Below, in pieces: positions 57,102 through 64,000 of a stretch of 64,000 nucleotides of DNA. Position 1 is the stretch's first letter, and every line of letters begins with the position of its first letter. Made by a program: the position numbers and the translations under genes. This DNA comes from Minwuiaceae bacterium (lineage in GTDB: Bacteria > Pseudomonadota > Alphaproteobacteria > Minwuiales > Minwuiaceae): NCBI GenBank assembly GCA_028278525.1, contig JANQEE010000017.1:66274-130273 (forward strand). Reading direction: 5' to 3'. The notes beneath the pieces were generated by a model, which did no database searches, was not told the origin of the DNA, and saw only the letters and a list, made by a program, of their open reading frames with translations.

Positions 57102-59036
57102 TCAGCCTGTACCAACCCGCCGGCGCGCGTCCTCACCGTTCTGCGCTGAGCTGCCGGTCGACATGCCGCCTGTCATCCATTTCTGGAAAACCGGCGTCTT
57201 TGGCGGCTCGAGATTGGTATCGGCAACACAGCGCGCCTTCAATTCCTCGACCGTACCACCGAAATCGAACAGCCGGACATCGCCGCGATCGCTTTCCATC
57301 TGCCGCCGCAGATCCGTCGTCGCTTTCTGATCCACCCGCCCATCGGCATCGATGACCACGCCATAGCGCCTGGCGCCGTCGCGCGTGACCAGGCCGCGTT
57401 CGACATCGAGAGCGACCTTTGCCGCATCGCGTTTCAGCGGGTCGCCCCAGCCACCGCCACCCCAGGTATTGAAGTAAAGCGTGTCGCCGGCCTCGACCTT
57501 GATGCGGTCGCACTTCGATTCCATCCATTGACTGCTGCCGTCGGCCCGCACCATCAGCTTGGTGCTGCGGCCGCCCGGCAGCCCACCATTGACGCCCCAG
57601 GGATGGGTCAGCCAGCGGTCGTCATGGATCGAGATCTCGCCGGGTTCGAGGAACTGGTAGCCCATCGACAGGCCGTTGCCGCCGCGATGCAGGCCCGGTC
57701 CGCCCGTATCGGCAATGGTCTCGTACTTCACGATACGCAGCGGGAAATAAGCCTCAAGGAACTCGTTCGGCACATTGGTGAAGGCCGGCCATAGCGAATG
57801 TCCGTCAGGACCGTCGCCTGCCGGACGGCCGGGAATGCCGCCGAAACCAATCTGGTAGAGCTGGTACCACTCGCCATGCCGGTCATGGCCCGAATACATG
57901 AAATGCGGGCTGTCCGAGAAACCGGCCGCGGCCAGCGCATCCGGCGAGCCCTGACCCAGCAAACCACTCATGATGTCGAAGATACGGCCCAGCATGTGGG
58001 TGCGGCACGACAGCGCCGCCGGCCGCACCGGCTTGAGGATCGAGCCGCGCGGAATGCGCACCTCCACAAGGTCGTAGAAGCCGTCGTTGAACAGAATCTG
58101 CGGATCGAACAGATTGATGAAGAAGGCGCCGAGGAACATCTTGAACATCTCCTCGTTGAGGAGAAAGTTCACCGAGCTGATCGACTGCGGATCGGTGCCT
58201 TCGAAGTCGAAGATCGCGGTATCGCCCTCGCGCCACAGAGTGCAGGCGATCTTGTACGGGCCCATGCCGACACCGTCGTCGTCGATGTAATCCTCGAAGT
58301 ACTGTTTCGTTTCGGGGATCACCATTTTCAGGATCTCGCCCATGGCCCGCTTGTTGCGATCCAGCATCTCGTCCATGGCGGCGATGAATGTGTCGACGCC
58401 GAAGCGTTCGCAGATCTCGTTGACCCGACGTTCGGCAAGTCGCAGGGCGGCAATGATGGCGTTGAAGTCGGAACGATTCCAATCCGGCAGCCGGCAATTG
58501 CGCAGGATCAGCTCGAGGATTTCCGTGTTGAGCTCGCCGTTTCGATAGATTTTGGTCGGCGGGACTTGGATGCCTTCCTCGAACACCTGCGCGGCGTCGG
58601 TCGGCAGGCTGCCCGGCACCTTGCCGCCGATGTCGGTCATGTGGCCGAACATCGCCGCCCAGGCGACCATGCGGCCGTCGATGTAGATCGGCATCATGGT
58701 CAGCCAGTCGTTCAGATGGCTGATGGCGCCGTTGCAGGAATAGGGGTCGTTCGTCAGGAAGATATCGCCTTCCTCGATTTCGCCGTCGTAGCCCTGCTGA
58801 AAACCGTGGAAGAAAGAGCCGAACTGGCCGACGACCATCTTGCCTTCGTTGTTGGCGATCATCGGGAAGGCGTCGTGTTGCTCGCGGATACCCGGTGACA
58901 TGGCGGTGCGGAACAGCACCGCATCCATTTCGGTACGGGCGTTGCGGAGCGCGTTCTCGACGATATCGAGGGTGATCGGATCGACCTCGACCTTGCGGAA
59001 CGGCGTGGCGTTGCGTTGGATGATCCTGGCTGGCAT
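57102..59036 (-). CDS. Hydantoinase B/oxoprolinase (HyuB) family protein
   Basis: The gene is 644 aa and carries the HyuB block DPYSCNGAISHLNDW. Confidence 0.9.
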   Translation of the reverse strand: MPARIIQRNATPFRKVEVDPITLDIVENALRNARTEMDAVLFRTAMSPGIREQHDAFPMIANNEGKMVVGQFGSFFHGFQQGYDGEIEEGDIFLTNDPYSCNGAISHLNDWLTMMPIYIDGRMVAWAAMFGHMTDIGGKVPGSLPTDAAQVFEEGIQVPPTKIYRNGELNTEILELILRNCRLPDWNRSDFNAIIAALRLAERRVNEICERFGVDTFIAAMDEMLDRNKRAMGEILKMVIPETKQYFEDYIDDDGVGMGPYKIACTLWREGDTAIFDFEGTDPQSISSVNFLLNEEMFKMFLGAFFINLFDPQILFNDGFYDLVEVRIPRGSILKPVRPAALSCRTHMLGRIFDIMSGLLGQGSPDALAAAGFSDSPHFMYSGHDRHGEWYQLYQIGFGGIPGRPAGDGPDGHSLWPAFTNVPNEFLEAYFPLRIVKYETIADTGGPGLHRGGNGLSMGYQFLEPGEISIHDDRWLTHPWGVNGGLPGGRSTKLMVRADGSSQWMESKCDRIKVEAGDTLYFNTWGGGGWGDPLKRDAAKVALDVERGLVTRDGARRYGVVIDADGRVDQKATTDLRRQMESDRGDVRLFDFGGTVEELKARCVADTNLEPPKTPVFQKWMTGGMSTGSSAQNGEDARRRVGTG

Positions 59037-59059
59037 GGCTAAAGTGCGTCCCCCTGATG

Positions 59060-61513
59060 TCAGCTTGACGGACGAATGAGGATGTTGCCGACCCGGTCGA
59101 CCTCGCCCGTGTGGCCGGGCAGGATCAGGGTGGTCGAATCCATTTCCATCACGATTGCCGGTCCGTTGATACGGTCGCCGACGCGCAGACCGGCGCGGTC
59201 ATAGATCTTGGCCGTCTGGTCCCTGTCCTCGACAAAAACCTGCGTTTCCTCAATCTCGGCGCGGGCCGGATTGCCGTCGCCCTGTGGGAGTTCCTCAGCC
59301 TGCGCCGCCGTCTCTTCACCCTGTACAAGCGCCCGCAGATTGTATAGCTCATGCTCCGCATCGAGCTTGAACGTGAAAAGCTGCTCGTGCATCTGGTCGA
59401 ACTGCTGGGAGATGTTGGCGAGGCCGTTGGCGCGGAACTGCTCGGGCGTGGCGTCGACCGTAAGGCGCATGCCCTGCCCGCCATAGCGCAGATCGATCTG
59501 GTAAAGCGTCGACTGCAGCTCGCGCGGCACGCCCTCGGCGTCGAGCGTTGCGGCGGCGCTTTCCGCCAATTCCTCGAGGATCGTCAGAACCTCGCCGTCG
59601 CTGGTCTCGGAAAAGCGGCGCACGAAGGTGCGCGATGCTTCGTCGCGCACCCGCGTCGTCGCGTCGCCGTAGGCGCAAAGCACGCCCGGCCCGGGCGGAA
59701 TGATCACCGGCCAGGAGTTGCTCAGCTTGCCGAGCGCATTGGCGTGCAGTGGACCGGCGCCGCCAAAGGCGACCAGCGCGAAATCGCGCGGGTCGAAGCC
59801 CTGCTCGACCGACACCAGGCGCAAGGCGCCGAACATGTTCTCGTTGACGATATCGATGATGCCGGCCGCCGCCTGCTTCAGCGACAGGCCGATGGCATCC
59901 GCTACCTTCTGCACCGCCTTTTCAGCCCGGGCACGGTCAATCTGCATGTCGCCACCCAGACGCTGGCTTGCCGGCAGGTAACCCAGCACCACATTGGCGT
60001 CGGTCACCGTCGGCTCCTCACCCCCCTTGGCGTAGGCCGCCGGGCCGGGTTCGGCGCCGGCCGACTGCGGGCCGACGCGCAGTGCCTTGGTCAGTTCCGG
60101 CACATAGGCGATCGAGCCGCCGCCGGCGCCGACCGTGCGGACATCGATCGACGAGGCGCGCACGGTCACGTCGCCGACCCGGGTCTCCCGACGGGTTTGA
60201 GCCACGCCGTCCTGGATCAGCGCCACATCGGTCGAAGTACCGCCCATGTCGAAGGTCAGTAGATTGTCGTGGCCCGCCTGGCGGGCGATCCAGATCGCCC
60301 CGGAGACGCCGCCGGCGGGGCCGCTCAACAGCAGGTTCACCGGCGCCGCCTTGGCCGCCTCGGCCGATGCCAGGCCGCCGTCGGAGCGCAGGATGTTGAG
60401 CTGCGCGCCGTTCATGCGGCGGTTCAGTTCGCTTTGCAGGTTCTCGATATACTTCGACACCACCGGACGGATGTAGGAGTTGACCACCGTGGTTTCGGTG
60501 CGCTCGTACTCGTACATCTCCGGGATCACCTCGGATGAGATCGACACCGGAACGCCCGGCATGATCTGCTCGGCGATGCTGCGCACGCGTTGCTCATGCG
60601 TGCCGTTGGTGTAGGCGTTCATCAGCGATACCGTCAGCGCCTCGACATTGCGTTGCTTCAGTCGCTCAAGATCTTGCCGCAGCCGGTCTTCATCCAAGGG
60701 TTCGACGATTTCGCCCTTGGCGCCGATCCGTTCGTGCGCTTCGATCGTCAGTTCCAACGGCGCCAGCGGCTCGCTTTTGTTGAAGATCACCCAGCCGCCG
60801 AGCCCCCCCGGCACGTAGGAGCGGGCGATCTGCAGCACCTGCTTGTAGCCCTCGGTCGCGACCAGACCGACGAGGGCGCCGCTCCCCGTCAGTACGGTGT
60901 TGGTGGCCACCGTTGTGCCATGCATCACCTGGGAAATTTCATGCGGTTCGATGCCGGCCTGCTCGCAGATCCGCTCGATGCCGTTCAACACCCCGATCGA
61001 GGAATCCTGAGGCGTCGACGGCACTTTGGCGGTGTAGGGATGACCGGTGCTCTGATCGATCAGAAGTAGATCGGTGAAGGTGCCGCCGACGTCGACGCCG
61101 AGGCGATAGCCGGTTCCCGCCGTCGTTGCCCGGCGCGGCCGCGGCGATGGCGCCACGCCGGGCCGGGCGCGCACCGCCTTTGGCGCTTCGCGCGTCTCGG
61201 CCGGTTCGCGGGCCCGGGCTTCAGGCGCCGGCGATACGGGTGCCTTACGCTCTGCCGGTGCGACCGGTGGCGCGATCGTCGGAGGAGCGATCCTAGGCGG
61301 TGGCGCGATCGTCGGCGGAGACGCCACCTCGGCTTTCGGCGAGGACGGACGGCGATCCTGATTGTCGCTACGGCCGCGTTGGTTCGGCTCTGTTCCCCCG
61401 GCCCCACTGCGCTGTGGCGTGCCGCGACCGCCGCCAAGCTTGTCCCATTCGTTATTCAAGTCCGACAGATGATCGTCGAACCAGCTTGTCAGGCGATCGT
61501 CTTTCGATGCCAT
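59060..61513 (-). CDS. Hydantoinase/oxoprolinase A (HyuA) family protein with Pro-rich N-terminal extension
   Basis: The HyuA core begins around GYRLGVDVGGTFTD. The N-terminal roughly 150 aa is low-complexity (IAPPPRIAPPTIAPPVAPAERKAPVSPAPE). The likely start is MASKDD (ATG complement at 61511-61513) with an RBS (ggggga). Confidence 0.85.
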   Translation of the reverse strand: MASKDDRLTSWFDDHLSDLNNEWDKLGGGRGTPQRSGAGGTEPNQRGRSDNQDRRPSSPKAEVASPPTIAPPPRIAPPTIAPPVAPAERKAPVSPAPEARAREPAETREAPKAVRARPGVAPSPRPRRATTAGTGYRLGVDVGGTFTDLLLIDQSTGHPYTAKVPSTPQDSSIGVLNGIERICEQAGIEPHEISQVMHGTTVATNTVLTGSGALVGLVATEGYKQVLQIARSYVPGGLGGWVIFNKSEPLAPLELTIEAHERIGAKGEIVEPLDEDRLRQDLERLKQRNVEALTVSLMNAYTNGTHEQRVRSIAEQIMPGVPVSISSEVIPEMYEYERTETTVVNSYIRPVVSKYIENLQSELNRRMNGAQLNILRSDGGLASAEAAKAAPVNLLLSGPAGGVSGAIWIARQAGHDNLLTFDMGGTSTDVALIQDGVAQTRRETRVGDVTVRASSIDVRTVGAGGGSIAYVPELTKALRVGPQSAGAEPGPAAYAKGGEEPTVTDANVVLGYLPASQRLGGDMQIDRARAEKAVQKVADAIGLSLKQAAAGIIDIVNENMFGALRLVSVEQGFDPRDFALVAFGGAGPLHANALGKLSNSWPVIIPPGPGVLCAYGDATTRVRDEASRTFVRRFSETSDGEVLTILEELAESAAATLDAEGVPRELQSTLYQIDLRYGGQGMRLTVDATPEQFRANGLANISQQFDQMHEQLFTFKLDAEHELYNLRALVQGEETAAQAEELPQGDGNPARAEIEETQVFVEDRDQTAKIYDRAGLRVGDRINGPAIVMEMDSTTLILPGHTGEVDRVGNILIRPSS

Positions 61514-61667
61514 CTTTGATCGTTCCCCCGGAGCTTTGTTGGCCGTCCGTGTCTTCAGTTTCCAATGCGACAACCTTATGCTGCCACGATGAGCCACGCA
61601 AAGTCCGGATATGTCGATGGGCCGGCCGACGCATGGTTATGACCCTCATGGGGCCGGTGATGCAGTG

Positions 61668-62354
61668 ATGACGGGACGGTATGACATCGAGCGCGATGCC
61701 GAACGCGCCTTCGCCGTGCTGCGCGATGGCGGCATCGCTATTCTGCCGATGGACGTCGGCTATTCCCTGATTGGCGGTTCGGCCGAAGCGCTCGGCCGGA
61801 TCTTCGCAACCAAGCGCCGCGCCGCCGGCAAGCTGAACGCGATGCTTGGCGACCGTGAGATCCACGAGGCGCTGCACGTGGTCGACGAACGCGCCCGCGA
61901 CATTGTCGCTGCCATTACCATCGATGCCGACCTGCCGCTCGGCATCATCGCGCCGGCACGCATGACGCATCCGTTGCTGGCGGCGATGGACCCGGACACC
62001 CTGAACGCCAGCACCACGGGCGGCACCCTCTGCATGCTCATCAATGCCGGCGCCTTTCACGCAGCGATCTGCCGGCTGAGCCACCAAGCGACGCACCCGC
62101 TGTTCGGCTCCTCCGCCAACCTGTCGCTTAGCGGCACCAAGTTCCGGGTCGAGGATATCGAGCCGGAGATCCGTGCCATCGCCGACATCGTCATCGATCA
62201 CGGCCTGCGCAAGTACCACGCTTACAAAGCCTCCTCGACCCTGCTCGATTTGCGCACTTACACGGTGGTGCGCCACGGCTCCTGTTTCGAGCTGATTGCA
62301 GACATCCTACGACGCCAATTCGCCATCGAGCTGCCACCACCGTCGTCACGGTGA
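61668..62354 (+). CDS. YrdC/Sua5-like domain protein, paralog 2
   Basis: DGGIAILPMDVGYSL and GSSANLSLSGTK are paralogous to the 35660 gene. The start could also be 61611. Confidence 0.7.
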   Translation: MTGRYDIERDAERAFAVLRDGGIAILPMDVGYSLIGGSAEALGRIFATKRRAAGKLNAMLGDREIHEALHVVDERARDIVAAITIDADLPLGIIAPARMTHPLLAAMDPDTLNASTTGGTLCMLINAGAFHAAICRLSHQATHPLFGSSANLSLSGTKFRVEDIEPEIRAIADIVIDHGLRKYHAYKASSTLLDLRTYTVVRHGSCFELIADILRRQFAIELPPPSSR

Positions 62355-62783
62355 GCACTGACCGGACTCCTGTGCTTGCTTCGGCATATGTCGTAACTTC
62401 GGTTAACTCGACCCGGGACAATTGTCCCGACCATCCGGGTCTGATACGGCCCCTAGCCGGAGTGGCCGACGTCGACGTTCCGAACCCTGCTGACCTGATG
62501 GTTGCGGGTGCAGGATTTGTGTTTCGTAGACTCTTTCACGCTGAAAGGCTCATCGCGCAAAGAGTCAGATGAAGAGTGCTTCCCAGATGGTCATGTATTC
62601 AATGGATTGTCGTAGCTTGAGAGTCTCTTCGTTAGCAAATATGAAGAATTCTCCAAAAATTACCGCCTCAACGACACGCCTTACAGTCTCCATATCCGGA
62701 CTATTTGGCCCCCGAGCGATCAGGAGCGGGCCGCAGGACGTGAGAGCATACCTATATCAAACCCGCCTTCGCGGCCCAATCCA

Positions 62784-64000
62784 TCAAGATGGCGTTGTGC
62801 CCTCCCACGCGGCGGTCAGTGCAGGATCCAGGTCTGCGCGGACGTCCGGTGACAAGTCGAGTTGGCCGATTGGCGGCGGGTCGAATGCCGCCATTGCGGA
62901 AACTAACTGATCTACCTTGCTGCGGAGCAACACGGCACCTGCCGACGTCTCAATCTGACCCAGGTCGTTATTCGGATCAAAGAAATCGGAGATTGTCGTC
63001 TGGTCGGTGGTTCCGACGATCGTTGTCAACAGATCATTGCCGGATTGCTGCAGCCAGATCTGGTCAAATGCTACTGTAGCGCCGTACAGAAGACGATCAT
63101 CAGCGCTACCGGTCCCGGCAAACACCGAGTCCTGACCGGCGCCACGTTCTATGACATATGTATCGCTGCCTCCGTTACCGTGGAGTTGATCATTACCGAC
63201 ACCACCATTAAGTGTGTCATTACCGCCGCCGCCATTCAGCGTGTCGTCGCCCCCGCCCCCGCTAAGTGTGTCGCCGCCAAAATCTCCATTGATGGTATCG
63301 CCGGCGGCTGAGCCGATGATCGTGTCGTTCCCATCTAGCCCGCTAATTTGTTCTACATTGAGGATCGTAACGCCACTGAAGTCGAGCGTGTTACTGGCGC
63401 TCGTCCCCCGAACACTATCGAAGCCATCGCCGCCGTCGATTGTTTCGATACTGTCTGTCGGGTCCAGCCCGATCAATCCTATCGTGTCGTCGCCGATACC
63501 GCCAAGAATTCGGTCGAAACCGGCACCGCCGTCAACATGGTCAGAGCCGTTGCTGCCGCCTTCGTAAATGAAGTCGTCGTTGCCGTCGCCGCCGCTCAGC
63601 GTGTCGTTGCCTGAACCACCGTCGATGATGTCGTCACCGGCCGATCCGATGATCGTATCGTTGCCTTCGCGCCCTCTGATCCGTTCAACATTGACAATAG
63701 TAACGCCACTGAAGTCGAGCGTGTTGCTGAGGCTCGTGCCTTGAATCGAGTCGATACCGGCGCCGCCGTCAATCATCTCGATGCCGTCGGTCGGACTGAG
63801 ACCGATCAATCCTATGGTATCATTACCGTCACTGCCAAGAATTCGGTCGAAACCGGCACCGCCGTCGACATGGTCAGAGCCGTTGCTGCCGCCTTCGTAA
63901 ATGAAGTCGTCGTTGCCGTCGCCGCCGCTCAGCGTGTCGTTGCCTGAGCCGCCGTCGATGATGTCGTCACCGGCCGACCCGATGATCGTATCGTTGCCCG
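62784..64000 (-). CDS. RTX-type calcium-binding repeat protein, N-terminus beyond the window end (C-terminal T1SS-signal region inside the window)
   Basis: It contains GGxGxD repeats throughout and near-identical 111-aa/333-bp tandem units. The C-terminal roughly 90 aa is non-repeat and resembles a secretion signal. Confidence 0.8.
   Translation of the reverse strand, partial: GNDTIIGSAGDDIIDGGSGNDTLSGGDGNDDFIYEGGSNGSDHVDGGAGFDRILGSDGNDTIGLIGLSPTDGIEMIDGGAGIDSIQGTSLSNTLDFSGVTIVNVERIRGREGNDTIIGSAGDDIIDGGSGNDTLSGGDGNDDFIYEGGSNGSDHVDGGAGFDRILGGIGDDTIGLIGLDPTDSIETIDGGDGFDSVRGTSASNTLDFSGVTILNVEQISGLDGNDTIIGSAAGDTINGDFGGDTLSGGGGDDTLNGGGGNDTLNGGVGNDQLHGNGGSDTYVIERGAGQDSVFAGTGSADDRLLYGATVAFDQIWLQQSGNDLLTTIVGTTDQTTISDFFDPNNDLGQIETSAGAVLLRSKVDQLVSAMAAFDPPPIGQLDLSPDVRADLDPALTAAWEGTTPS
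63511..64000. repeat. Near-identical 333-bp tandem repeat units inside the RTX gene
   Basis: The unit starting at 63511 recurs at 63844 with only a few substitutions. The array runs off the window. Confidence 0.8.

Noticed and set aside
61611-61667. A longer N-terminus for the second YrdC-like gene.
   Set aside because: The paralog alignment suggests the start is nearer MTGRYDIERD (61668). The longer form would leave only 14 bp for a divergent promoter with hyuA.

Overview
This is a high-GC window (about 65-70% GC in the coding parts) from an alphaproteobacterium-like genome, probably Rhizobiales or Rhodospirillales, and is almost entirely accessory in character. Most of it is a catabolic island for cyclic amides, hydantoins and ureides: two hyuA/hyuB-type ATP-dependent hydantoinase pairs, a dihydropyrimidinase (D-hydantoinase), three isochorismatase-family cysteine hydrolases, two Asp/Glu/hydantoin-racemase-family genes, a PuuE-like deacetylase, two YrdC/Sua5-like paralogs, and a CobW-like GTPase. 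It also carries a TAXI-TRAP uptake system and a polyamine-type ABC importer (both presumably for substrate uptake), and GntR and LuxR regulators. Also present are a type I secretion system (PrtD-type ABC plus HlyD adaptor) with an RTX-repeat substrate, and a second RTX gene truncated at the window end that contains near-identical 333-bp tandem repeats. The most unusual locus lies at 14.7-24.4 kb. A Fap-like secretion pair (a standalone C39 cysteine peptidase and a FapF-like beta-barrel outer membrane protein with signal peptide, coiled coil and linker) sits on the minus strand. Across a divergent promoter lies an orphan LuxR-type response regulator. Nearby is a family of three small Sec-secreted paralogs that share N-terminal (EP.KLT..QM..VTA[AG]G) and C-terminal (ASADAFG..TL.ITDAFAQTTS.SS) motifs around a variable core; in two of them the core is Asp/Val-rich (DVDIDVDADV...). 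Two of these genes lie on about 640-bp direct repeats, each with a conserved 5' leader hairpin and a rho-independent terminator, flanking a thioredoxin-like/2OG-Fe(II) oxygenase fusion. The third is followed by a TPR/O-GlcNAc-transferase-like gene. Many long plus- or minus-strand ORFs in the supplied track are antisense or alternate-frame artefacts of the high GC content and were not called.
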